The notes under the pieces were generated by a model, which saw only the letters and a list, made by a program, of their open reading frames with translations, had not been told where the DNA came from and searched no databases. A stretch of 64,000 nucleotides of DNA from a virus (lineage: Duplodnaviria > Heunggongvirae > Uroviricota > Caudoviricetes): positions 82,004 through 146,003 of IMG/VR virus record IMGVR_UViG_3300009008_000004, one strand, 5' to 3'. The position numbers were made by a program, and so were the translations under genes. Of the stretch, positions 41,149 to 51,700 are shown in pieces (position 1 is the first letter of the stretch; each line of letters opens with the position of its first letter).

Positions 41149-43056
41149 CTATGTTACCGTAATCACCTGGTCGTTGAAAATAGTTGATTCTCCGTTCGGG
41201 TTAATTATCTCAATGTAATAATCTCCTGCAGGAGTACCCGTAGGTATCTCCACGGAGACCAAGCGGGACCCCATCCGTGCCCAATCTGAATAAGAAGTCA
41301 ACAAAGGAAGCGCTGCTGCGGGAACGACTGCCCAGGCGATGCTCCCAGAGGTAGGATCTGCTGTATCCAGAACCTTACCGGATACTGTTAACTCCGTTAC
41401 AGACGCTACCGCCGAAATTGTAGCGGCCCCCCAATTGGTATAGTCGCAGTTGTACATGTATATCAGTTTCCCGACGTCTGCCTTATCGAACATAGCCGTA
41501 GCATCGATAAAAGTTGTCGTACTCCCAATCGTACCCGCAAGCCCGGTAAGCAACCCAAAGTCAGAGAGGAAATCTGTGGAGGGCACAATATTCGTCGCAG
41601 CCACCTTCGTTGCCGGATTAGAGGCAAGGACAAAGTTTGCCGCCAATGGCGACCCAGACCCCACAGCAAGGTGGGACCCGAGTACCCAAACCTTTGTATT
41701 TTCCAAGTACTCATACGCACCCAAATCCATGGCCGATCCTTGGGGACGCGAATACCCGGCTACATCATACCGTACAGTAGGCACCGCAGTACCTGCATCA
41801 ATAAGCGTAGAAGTGGCCTGGAGACGGTAGTCATGTGTGACAGGATCCTCGAACAGGGGATCCACGTCAATCATATCATTTACTCCTGCACCCCAGTTAC
41901 CATGATAGTCGTTCGGGTTGTTGTGGCTGTCATTGTAATCACTGACTACATTGCCGGCGTTCGTAGCCAGGTAGCCCCAACCACCTGGGGCTGCACCGGT
42001 TACGATATTGTTGTACGCGAAGAAACAAAGAGTAGCCGGAGGCAGCGTGCCCCCGGCGTAGGGCCCATAAGTAATCGTAGCAGCACTACTGTCACCGACC
42101 ACAGTGTTGTTGCTCATGTGCACCGCGGTGACCAGCGCGCCATCAACCTCCAAACCCTTACTGGTACTACCGCCTGTGGCCAGGCAATCGTACAGCAAGT
42201 TGTTGTGGATATAGGATGTCGCTGGATTCCAAAGATACACACCCCAAAAGCGCTCGCCACCATTCCAACCACTAAGGGTGTTTCGCAGAATGTAAGTTGT
42301 GTTTCCCGCCCCGCCTCCACCGTAAATGCCGTAAATCCTGCCTGTCGGCGCTAAGTTGGAGAGAGTGCAGTCAAGAATTGAGATACCCGTGAGGGTGTAA
42401 CCGTAGATAGCATACACCCGATCATCCGCTACCAGATTATCTATTGTACAATTATAGATAGTAGGTGTTACGGCAGCTGTCGCCATAGAGATGCCATATG
42501 CATCCTTCCCCGCCCCGGTAATCGTTACATCCTCGACGATGCAGTTGGAGATTAGCACATTAGCTGCTGTTCCCCCGATGTATATCCCAATCCAATTTTG
42601 ATTTGTCGGATCTACAGGGTTATCGACAAGGAGATCATCGAATGTACTGCTGTTCCCGGTAGTCACTGCAGTGAGCTGTTGGGTGCCTATCACACCGTTT
42701 GCTGTAAGGCGGAAGCCCGCAATGCTATTATCCGCACCAGCGTTAACGAACGGTTGCGCCGCGGTATACCCGGTAACCACTACACGACCTGAACCGCTGT
42801 TCGTATTGATGTTCCACCCAGTGTTCGTTGCTGCCAAGGAGAAACACACCCCAGTAGCTCCGGTACCATCAAGTGTGTAATCACCACCTACATGGGTCCA
42901 GGTTATGTCGCTGATACCCGCAGGCGGAGCAATAGTTTGGTTAGACTCGGAATACGGGCCATAAGATATGATGCTATCCCCAGTAAGAAGGGAAGCAAAT
43001 ACCACAGCCAGTTGGGAGGCCGGTTGCCCGAGCCCTACGTGGTAAGTCGTAGCCAT
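41149..43056 (-). CDS. Parallel beta-helix virion protein
   Basis: 635 aa. ISNCIVE/IYNCTID/ILRNTLS repeats and the DPLF...DYRLQATSTLIDAG...DLGAYE motif. Confidence 0.75.
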   Translation of the reverse strand: MATTYHVGLGQPASQLAVVFASLLTGDSIISYGPYSESNQTIAPPAGISDITWTHVGGDYTLDGTGATGVCFSLAATNTGWNINTNSGSGRVVVTGYTAAQPFVNAGADNSIAGFRLTANGVIGTQQLTAVTTGNSSTFDDLLVDNPVDPTNQNWIGIYIGGTAANVLISNCIVEDVTITGAGKDAYGISMATAAVTPTIYNCTIDNLVADDRVYAIYGYTLTGISILDCTLSNLAPTGRIYGIYGGGGAGNTTYILRNTLSGWNGGERFWGVYLWNPATSYIHNNLLYDCLATGGSTSKGLEVDGALVTAVHMSNNTVVGDSSAATITYGPYAGGTLPPATLCFFAYNNIVTGAAPGGWGYLATNAGNVVSDYNDSHNNPNDYHGNWGAGVNDMIDVDPLFEDPVTHDYRLQATSTLIDAGTAVPTVRYDVAGYSRPQGSAMDLGAYEYLENTKVWVLGSHLAVGSGSPLAANFVLASNPATKVAATNIVPSTDFLSDFGLLTGLAGTIGSTTTFIDATAMFDKADVGKLIYMYNCDYTNWGAATISAVASVTELTVSGKVLDTADPTSGSIAWAVVPAAALPLLTSYSDWARMGSRLVSVEIPTGTPAGDYYIEIINPNGESTIFNDQVITVT

Positions 43057-43376
43057 TAGTCGTCCTCCTTAGGATCCGGGGGCCGAGAAGGTGGCTCTAC
43101 CGGCTCAACCAATGGCTTTCGTGGAAAGAGGAACTCTACCTCCCCCTTCTTCACGTAGCGTACACGACCCGCAGCTACATCCTCGGGGATAAAGTCTTCG
43201 GGTTGCCAAATCTTCTTGATCCCAAAAGCACTTTTATCCTTCTCAGCCTCACCCCATTCCCAGGTCTTTGTGCTATGGCCTACGACAATCCGATCGGATT
43301 TCCGAAAGCAAATGCTAATGCGTTTCCGCTTCTTTTTCTGCTCCTTTTTCGGAGCCTTCTTTTCCTTCTTACCCAT
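43056..43376 (-). CDS. Small Lys-rich protein (possible fibre assembly factor)
   Basis: 106 aa, overlapping the next start codon. The function is a guess from position. Confidence 0.6.
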   Translation of the reverse strand: MGKKEKKAPKKEQKKKRKRISICFRKSDRIVVGHSTKTWEWGEAEKDKSAFGIKKIWQPEDFIPEDVAAGRVRYVKKGEVEFLFPRKPLVEPVEPPSRPPDPKEDD

Positions 43377-46300
43377 TTACACCACCGGCGAAATAATTAT
43401 CGCAACCACCCACGGCTGCTGGTACCACTGATCTGGACGGAACCAGGTATGCCCATGCGTAACATTTGGCATCCGGTCCCCCGCAAGGGTGTACCGGTAT
43501 ACTACTGCATTTCGTAAAACATAGTCCACCTTTACCGGACTCCAGGTATTCGTATACCAAGAAGGAAGACAACACCACTGGAGGGAGCCGGAATTTGCAT
43601 CGGGGAACGTAAAAGTAGCGGGAGCAAAGGTTAGGGTGGCCCCTGCCCCAGTGATGGTAAACCAACCGTTGTTAGCGGGATTCGCAGCACCTGTAACGTA
43701 CAGCCAATCGCCTATCGCCGCCCCATTATAAGAGTTGGCAACACCCGAGACAGAACTGAAAGAGTTGGCTGCAGCGATTACCCCGTCATTCAGGTTCTCA
43801 GGAACAGTCTCGTTCCAGAAATCAATGGGCTGGAAGAACGCAGGGGGCATAGCTCCGGGAGCAACATCCAGGTAGTCGTCAACTACCGGCACATCTACCC
43901 ACCAAAACTGCCCATAGTCGAAACTCGGGACGAGGTTGGAAGTTGGGACAGTCGGGCTACCCGTAGGAGTTACGTAAGGCTCCACATCGTCAATGACAAG
44001 TCCATGGTCCAAGGCAGGAAGCATGCTTGCGGCCGGGGAATAGAACGAAGTTGTAGGACCGGGGTGGGAGTCGGGACGCATCAACCCGCCGTCTACCTCA
44101 AAGATGTAGCTGGGGTACGTCCGGATTGTTTGGATAACGCCTGTTTCACCACTTGTCCCACCGGTGATGGTGTCTGCTACAACAAAGTCCAGCTCTTCCA
44201 GTTTCCCCATCTCAACGGGAACAGTCGAATCCTCGGGCCTACGTTGGACGAGAACGAACGATTCCGGGTGATTCTCAGGATGCAGCAGGTTCTGCACGTA
44301 AAGGACGCGTGCGCGTCCCTGGAGAGCTCCTGTGACCCATTCATTAGGCTGGAAGCCGGTGGTCCCGCCAAGTGTTACCCGGAGCCACGTAATCGACTTA
44401 CTGTGATCCTCATCACTATCCAACTGGTTTACAGAGACTACGGCATTCTCCGGTGAGTAGATTTCATAGGCATCTGTAATTATCGGATTGGGATAAAACC
44501 AGGTGGAATCCGGTGTGTACCTAAAAGAGATGGCCGTGTTCCCGGGATCGATAGTGGCCCACAGGCCATACGGCCCGAGAGTGGGGAAGTGTACGTAGTA
44601 CCCATCCATATTCCCGAAAGAGGCCGTTCCGTCCGCGATATCTACTTGCGCTCCAACAGGAGTAACTGCGGTAACTGTTCCCGAAGTATAGAGGGTTACA
44701 CCCGGGGCATTTGGGTGCCAACTACCATCCCCGCTGTAATCATCGAGATGACCTGCCAGGTAACACGATTCGTAAACTTCGTGGTTCTGCATAGGGAGGG
44801 CAGAGTAGCGCGGAGGAAATGCCACCGCGTTTGCCGGGATAGAGGCTACTGTCGGGGCTACTGTCGGGGTAGCCGTTGTATAAATAGCCTGCGCCGGGTT
44901 ATCCGCTACATGCACAGAGACCGAGAAACTGTGCTCTGCAACAACATCAACGGCATCCTCTTGGTTGAGGACAATCACAAAAATGATGTCAGTGTACTGC
45001 GGCTTAAGCATGTGGAACTGCTGCACCAGCAATTCGATGTCATCCTCAGTAAGCGCTGCCCCCGCAGCGATCTTCACAGTGAAGTAAAAATATCTCTTTA
45101 CGATATTTTCCCCGGTAAGGTACCGAGCAAACCAATCGGCATCCGACTTATAGTCCTCTACTGTCAGCCCGCCGTTGATGGGCCAGTACTGCTCGACGGT
45201 ATCCCCAACAGCATACGCTGCATCCGTAGTAGGATTGATAGCAAGGCCCAGTACCTTGTTATAGGGGTACACGAAGACAAGTCCGGTTACGTCGTCCAGG
45301 ACAAAGACACGACCCTCAGTTGCATTGTACACCGGATCGATGGACATAATGGTCCCGTCAATCAAGAAAAGCTGCCGGTCAACAATGGCGTTAGCTGCAA
45401 TCTCGAGATTGGCGAGAGTTGGTCCATTCCAAAGGCAGAACCACAAAGCGGTAACGTCTGACTTGTAGTGCTCCTGTGCTACCTTGGGAAGGCCAACAAC
45501 TGCCCCAAAGTTATCTGAGATGGTCTCATCATTGCTGAAGTAAACAACCTCTGCCCACGCGATCTCAGGAATATCAGTCAATACCCCAAACTTGGGAGCC
45601 CACCCTGTATGTGCGCCAGCAGAGATGGGATGTGCATCAACAGTAGCCGTACCCGCGGTGCTGTCATAATCGTAGGTCTTGAGTACGTCCCCGCTGGGCA
45701 GGTAAATAAGTCCGGGATCCGCAGTAAGCCCCGAGATAGTGCCCTCAATCCAGGTAAAAGAGAGAGTCGTCGCCTCCCACGAGATATACTGGTTGCCATC
45801 GCTTTCGGTAGCCAGGTCGTAATTCGCCGGGTAGTAGTAAGTGGTGTCCCCAGTAATGGTGTCTTTGAGGACCGGCACCTCGAGGATACTATCGTCCGCC
45901 GGCAAGTACGTGTGCGCTACATACCCAACCAAGGCAGCCTCCAGCTCAGACAGATAGGCAAAAAGGGCGGAATACGTCTCCTTATCATCGATGATGTTCT
46001 GGATCGCCTCCTTAAGCCCGGCAGAGAACGATGTAGCAAAGAGGTCTGCTGTATCTAGGGCCGCGAGATCTCTGGCAAATGCGAACCAGTCGACGAATAC
46101 CATGTCGTCGGTATAGTGCCGGATCGGGGGGTAGGAGTAGTACGTTGTCCCGTTCACCTCATAGCTGATCTTAGCCAGAGCATGCATAGGAGGCGTCTCA
46201 GTAATATCGAACTTGGGGTACAGCACCAGCTCGTAACTTGTGTTCACCGGAGAAAGGATGGACCAGGAGTAGTGCAGCCCCGTAGAAGAGAACCCGGCCC

Positions 46301-48533
46301 AGGAGTAGTCCTTTGTGCAGTAAGGGGGATTATAGTAGGGGTGCCGGATCGGATCAGCGTCGATCCCCCAGGGAATAGCAACCTCAGGCTGGAAAGCGGC
46401 TGCACCGCAGATAACCCACACACCCGCAGGATCTACCGCAGTAATGGCGAAGGTGCCCACGTTAGCAGCAAGTGTTCCACGGAGGTGGAGCATCTGTCCG
46501 GGCACTACACCGGTGAAGGGGGCCGTGGAAACTTCGAATAGAGTAGGGAACCCAGGAAGGTTCGTACCGCCAACCATAACGTTGACGCGGGTACTATCTG
46601 TCGGGTCCACCGAGTCGATATGGTAATAGTTCGAGTTCGTATACAGAATATCGCCCGCACACGTAGCCGGGAACACCCCGTAGGCTGTGTGGAACACTGA
46701 CTCTGTCAGCATCTTCCCGGAGTCTCCGGAGGCGGTCTCGGTATAGGCTGCGTGCTCCGCATCAGTAGTCAGATACACAGGAGTATCACCAGTGACTACA
46801 ACCTGTGCTACAAGGTCGGAGAAGACCGTTTCATTGCTGGAGAAGACCCCATAGTACCCGGAAGAGAGGAGATCGTAGTACTCACTGCCGCCCGCCAGCA
46901 AGAACAGCTGTGTGTTGACGTCGGTATCCTCGTCATCCTGCAACGTCAGGGAGACTTTCACATAACCATCAAACCCGGAGATGTCTCCCGTAACTTCCTG
47001 CTCAGAGGGAAACCCAACCCACTTCCGCTGATACTTGAGTGGTATATCCGCAAGGGACTTTGCGTAGTCATCCTGCCAGGCTCGTAGCAACTGCCCGGTC
47101 ATCAGCTGCATAAAAGAAGACCAGATCGTGGTGAACACAGAACGATCCGTTTGCGATAATTTCCCCCAGAAGTCCGGAAGGGTATCCCAAATGAAATCAG
47201 CCTCAGGCAATGTCTCCAGCAGAGAATCCAAAGGAGAAACAGAAATGGTATGAAGAACCTGCGCCCCAGAAAAGACCCCATCGTTTACAGTCAGACCAAG
47301 GGTGTAGTTACCTTCCGCCATCGGCACAAATACAGGGTCAGGCTTAGTTGAATCAACTCCACCTGAAAAACTGGAGAGCGCAAACAAGGGAGTGGCATCC
47401 AAGCCATTGCCCGTCGTCAACTCCGCTTCGAAAGTCTGGGAGATAATCGCGGGCTGACCATACTTCGTCGACTCGTTTATCATATAAACAAGCTCGATGA
47501 GTGTGGTGGTAGCGGGCACTGTTGCTGTAAGCGCATACCCTGTAAGATCCAGATCCAACGTACCGTGCTGTATCTCAAGAGTATAGAGATTCCCCGACGT
47601 CCCCTGGTAGGATGTGGCGAGAGTAATTACGCTTCCCATGCCGCCGGTTACGGTTATCTCTGCGGGAACAAGCCCACCTAGAACAGGCGTAGCACCCTCC
47701 GGAGCGGTAACTATTTCCCAGGCGTAAGTAATGGGAAGGCCCTCAGGGTCATAGCTCCCCGTACCGTTCAACTTCATAGCCCGCCCAACAACGCCAGTGT
47801 CCGGGGCTGCAACGACAGCCGTCGGTTTGACGTTAGAGCTCAACTCAAGACTACTTAGACGAAAAGATTCCAGGACAGCGGTAGCCCCGGAACAATAGAA
47901 ATCAGCTACATCTGTAATACCGGCAGTGGACTCCGGAGCCGCAATAGTCCACGAATTGCTCCCAATTTGGGCACCCGCTGCATCCTCGGTTGTCCCGTAA
48001 AGAGTAACGTTTCCGCTCTCCCCATCCGACACAAAGTGGAGCTTGAGGTGGCAAGGGTACTGAAGGATGTCCGCAGACCCGGAGAGCAGCTGCAACGAAG
48101 CGGTGGGATCGTTTTGTGGTAGAAACCCAATCCCCTCTTGGGCAACACAAACCCGAAGTCCAGTAGAACCGGAATCGAATACCCCTATACCTACACGACC
48201 ATCCTCAAAGGTAGCCGGCAACCAATCTTGCTGATGGAAGTACATCTCTACCTGATATGTGTACTTCGCGGGGACCGCGGAACTCATCGCGATCTGTGCT
48301 ACGTCGGCTGCTCCAGATGATGTGAGCTGGAGATAGTTTGTATCAGCGGGGTATGGAATTGCCGAGCCAGTGTGGTATATTGGATTCCCGAAGTTAGCGG
48401 GGATTGAATAGGTAGGTATCGTTGGATCGTTCGGGTAGGCATCCCCCGCCGGCGTGAGGTTCGCATGCCGGTACCAATCGAAGATGTCATACCCGGCTCC
48501 GCCGTTTGCCTTTGTAGTAGTGGGGATCGCCAT
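43377..48533 (-). CDS. Large baseplate wedge protein with PKD/Ig-like domain
   Basis: 1718 aa, GAGGAG SD. PKD motif SYDPEGLPITYAW...LTVNDG. Wedge-like segments (LPDFW...IWSSFMQL, GPTLANLE, LKPQYT). Confidence 0.75.
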   Translation of the reverse strand: MAIPTTTKANGGAGYDIFDWYRHANLTPAGDAYPNDPTIPTYSIPANFGNPIYHTGSAIPYPADTNYLQLTSSGAADVAQIAMSSAVPAKYTYQVEMYFHQQDWLPATFEDGRVGIGVFDSGSTGLRVCVAQEGIGFLPQNDPTASLQLLSGSADILQYPCHLKLHFVSDGESGNVTLYGTTEDAAGAQIGSNSWTIAAPESTAGITDVADFYCSGATAVLESFRLSSLELSSNVKPTAVVAAPDTGVVGRAMKLNGTGSYDPEGLPITYAWEIVTAPEGATPVLGGLVPAEITVTGGMGSVITLATSYQGTSGNLYTLEIQHGTLDLDLTGYALTATVPATTTLIELVYMINESTKYGQPAIISQTFEAELTTGNGLDATPLFALSSFSGGVDSTKPDPVFVPMAEGNYTLGLTVNDGVFSGAQVLHTISVSPLDSLLETLPEADFIWDTLPDFWGKLSQTDRSVFTTIWSSFMQLMTGQLLRAWQDDYAKSLADIPLKYQRKWVGFPSEQEVTGDISGFDGYVKVSLTLQDDEDTDVNTQLFLLAGGSEYYDLLSSGYYGVFSSNETVFSDLVAQVVVTGDTPVYLTTDAEHAAYTETASGDSGKMLTESVFHTAYGVFPATCAGDILYTNSNYYHIDSVDPTDSTRVNVMVGGTNLPGFPTLFEVSTAPFTGVVPGQMLHLRGTLAANVGTFAITAVDPAGVWVICGAAAFQPEVAIPWGIDADPIRHPYYNPPYCTKDYSWAGFSSTGLHYSWSILSPVNTSYELVLYPKFDITETPPMHALAKISYEVNGTTYYSYPPIRHYTDDMVFVDWFAFARDLAALDTADLFATSFSAGLKEAIQNIIDDKETYSALFAYLSELEAALVGYVAHTYLPADDSILEVPVLKDTITGDTTYYYPANYDLATESDGNQYISWEATTLSFTWIEGTISGLTADPGLIYLPSGDVLKTYDYDSTAGTATVDAHPISAGAHTGWAPKFGVLTDIPEIAWAEVVYFSNDETISDNFGAVVGLPKVAQEHYKSDVTALWFCLWNGPTLANLEIAANAIVDRQLFLIDGTIMSIDPVYNATEGRVFVLDDVTGLVFVYPYNKVLGLAINPTTDAAYAVGDTVEQYWPINGGLTVEDYKSDADWFARYLTGENIVKRYFYFTVKIAAGAALTEDDIELLVQQFHMLKPQYTDIIFVIVLNQEDAVDVVAEHSFSVSVHVADNPAQAIYTTATPTVAPTVASIPANAVAFPPRYSALPMQNHEVYESCYLAGHLDDYSGDGSWHPNAPGVTLYTSGTVTAVTPVGAQVDIADGTASFGNMDGYYVHFPTLGPYGLWATIDPGNTAISFRYTPDSTWFYPNPIITDAYEIYSPENAVVSVNQLDSDEDHSKSITWLRVTLGGTTGFQPNEWVTGALQGRARVLYVQNLLHPENHPESFVLVQRRPEDSTVPVEMGKLEELDFVVADTITGGTSGETGVIQTIRTYPSYIFEVDGGLMRPDSHPGPTTSFYSPAASMLPALDHGLVIDDVEPYVTPTGSPTVPTSNLVPSFDYGQFWWVDVPVVDDYLDVAPGAMPPAFFQPIDFWNETVPENLNDGVIAAANSFSSVSGVANSYNGAAIGDWLYVTGAANPANNGWFTITGAGATLTFAPATFTFPDANSGSLQWCCLPSWYTNTWSPVKVDYVLRNAVVYRYTLAGDRMPNVTHGHTWFRPDQWYQQPWVVAIIISPVV

Positions 48534-48762
48534 GAAAAATACTCCTCAGTTCTCTCAGGAAGAATTAGTTACCTTGGTCAAGGAGAGCGAAGACATCCTC
48601 ACCCCGCTACTTGAGGAAGCAATGCCTGCTCCCCAGCCCTGCCCAAACTGTGGCTCCAAAACAGTCTGCATAGTTGATCCGCATAACCCCTTTACGCCGG
48701 GGAAACTGCTGCAAAACTTCATCCTCCAATGCCCGGCCTGCTGGACCCACATCTCCTCCTAA
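48532..48762 (+). CDS. 76-aa antisense Zn-ribbon protein embedded in the tail operon
   Basis: MKNTPQF...PCPNCGS...QCPACW. Shares CATG (48531-48534) with the 48533 start, and its TAA overlaps the baseplate-J TAG. Confidence 0.7.
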   Translation: MKNTPQFSQEELVTLVKESEDILTPLLEEAMPAPQPCPNCGSKTVCIVDPHNPFTPGKLLQNFILQCPACWTHISS

Positions 48763-51700
48763 CCCTTCGTCAAAACAGTGCTAACAGCGAGGAATGCCGC
48801 GCTGTCTGCTATCTGGTATTCCTCTGTTACCTTATACAAGCGGAACTGCCTTGAGGTATCAGGCTCGATAACCAGAATCGTTGGGGTGTTGTTCACCAAC
48901 ACGCCCTTCGCCCGCATTGCGGACGTGAACTCCCGAACGGTGAACAATGTTCCGTGCGGGAGAGTACGGAAATAATCGATAACCGCATTCTTGGCTGCCT
49001 CAAGAGAGGTGGACCCGCGGTAAGTAAACCGGACGGTAACCTCGAGGGGCACCGAAACCTTCGCCAGAGTGTTACAAGTAACCGTCCGCTCGCCCTTGTT
49101 CTGCATGAAGTAATGCGCAGTCTCTACCTCAGGAGCGTATTTGTACGTTACCTGCGCATTAGTCCCAAGAACCGGAGTCGGGTACTCCTTCGCAGAGAAT
49201 ATTCCATCGCAATAAATCTTGAGGTCCTCAATGACACTGTAGCTGTGGTCCTGGTCCGCTACGTAGGTAAACCCATTAGAGCGGATACCAGTAACCGTCG
49301 TAGCAGCAGTCTCCTCCCGAAGGATTTGGTCGGGCCCCGGATAGTACGAAGAAATGTCCAGGTCCGCATAGTAGTAACCGCCGTAGGCAGTCAGATCCTC
49401 TTCCTCAAATATTTGGGTGCCGGCCCGAACGATGCGCGCATGGATTCTATGCCCGGCCAACGAACCAATCGGCATCGGATCATCAGTACCCAACTGCACA
49501 AGGCGCACAACTGCTTTATTTGCTGCTTTTATCGGAGGACTTCCGCTCTCTACCCCAACTCCGTTCCAACCAATCTGGAATGGGCCACGTTGGATCGCAT
49601 CAACAACGTTGGTCTGCCCAGCAGTCAGCTGCAGAACACCATTTGCAGTTCCCGTCCCAATAACAAGGTCATCCGAAGAGAACAAGTGCAGTCTGTATGT
49701 CCCCGGCGCAGAAAGGTCTTCGTAGATCTTTGCGCCTACAGAGGGGAAGGCAGCTTCAATGTACTGCGGCAATGCCGTGTACGCAATTGAGTTCGTAGTG
49801 AATGTATATGTAGCGTCCGCACCATTGATATTGATGATCAACGTCGTACCCGCAAGCGGAGTAAGGGTAGCCGCCAGTGCAGTACTGAAGATGTCCATGT
49901 GGTCGATATAGACAAGGTCCGAATCAGCACGGACACCCATATCCACCTCAGAGTTCTCTTTTATGTACCGAACTGCCCAATCATTAGTTGCAAGAGCAGA
50001 GGTGAGCGCAGTCCATGTAGTTGCCGTGGGATGGATTGCCCACTGCAGCACGGTACTCGCAGGACCCGGAAGACCGGGAGCAACAACTGTGAGTTGGTTG
50101 GCCGCTGGTACAGCTGCAATCTGGTACGTACCGATATTAGGGTCGGCCGCGGGGCCTACAATGTGTAGGAACTTACCAACATCCGAGGCGACAAAGGGAG
50201 TACCGCTCACAGTAAAGGTCGTAGTAGGGAATCCCGCTGCAATAGTCCCATCAACACCGGTGGGCAGGGGAGACAGGTTCTCTATCTCCAAGTCCGTATC
50301 CGCCGTGTCTTCCTCGAAGATCGTGGTAGATGTGTCCGGATCAGGCATGTACACCTGCCCATTACCGATGGTAATACGGAAAGCAGGATCAAACACAACC
50401 CGCATCGGAGACTTGAAGTAACATCGTGCAGTACCCTGTGCAGCAGCACCAATTTCAAATGTAATCCCAGTTTCTGCGGTGACTACTTCAAACTGCTCCC
50501 CAAGCTCAAGGTGGGACGGGGAACCAGCTGCAACGCTCTTCACAGGGAATGAAAGCCCATTGAACAAGCCAGAGGTAAATTCAAAACGATGTCCCTCACG
50601 AACGCCGATTACATCAAAGTCCACAGTAGTACTGTAAATCCGGGAAGGAGTAGCTGTAAGTGTGTAGGCTGTTGCACTCTCAACGCCTTCGGCAGGGAAC
50701 ACGAGTTGGTTACCAGGCATTGAAGCGGCCCGCACCAAAGCACCCAGGGCATCCCCATACGGCAAAGAGGCGGCAACAGCTGCTCCATCGGCATCCATAC
50801 CCTCGACCTTGGTAACCTCAGTGGCCGGGAGCGAAACAGAGCCACCCGACGTGAAGACATCGAAGTCGACGTTGGTCTCCCCTCCCCCAAGGGCAGCAGA
50901 AAGCGTCAGCTGCGTGTTCGTTATCGCAGTAATGGTGTGGTACCCGAGATCCCCACCTTCCTTAATATAGAGGATGTCGCCCTCAGCCACACCCGCGGTC
51001 ACAAAATTGGCTGTCGCGGAAGAAACGTATACCAATCCGATATTCGTCTTCAGGTCAGTACCATTCTTGACCTTGAACAGTTTCGTAGGAGTGAGGTCTG
51101 TGGTAACCCCGCGGAGCACCAGGAACTCCAAGCCCGAGTGGACTGCGGCATCTGGGAAGGGCGGGTAAACGCGGATTGTGTTCGTGTAGTACTTATCCTG
51201 ATCTACAATGGCGTACGCCGTCAGGTAGTAGTCATGGGTAGCGGGCCCAGTGATGACCAATACATCGCCCCATTGCCAGGAGTATCCTGAAAGGGCTGAA
51301 GCAACGAATACCCCGTCACTTGTCCCATACTTCTGGGCAACGCCACCCGTGGCAGGGGCTCCCGTATAGGTTGCGGGGATAACTACATCACCATCCTCAT
51401 AAGACACCCAGGGAGCCATAGACAAAGAAGTCTTCGGTATGCTGGAGGGGTTACAGTAGACATCCATCATCCCGCCGATGTGTATCTCGTCGGGCGGGAT
51501 CTCCACTTCCTCGAGAACCTCGGGGAGTTGGGAAAGGACAATACCTACCTCAACATCATCAGAAGTAGCCGGTTTCCGAAGAGCCCACTGGTTAAGGAAG
51601 GGGTGCCATGCCCAGAGAGGGGCGGCATCTACCACGAACTGCGCAGCCCAATCGTCTGTGCGATACATAAGACTACCACCACCCAGATTCCGGAGAGGGT

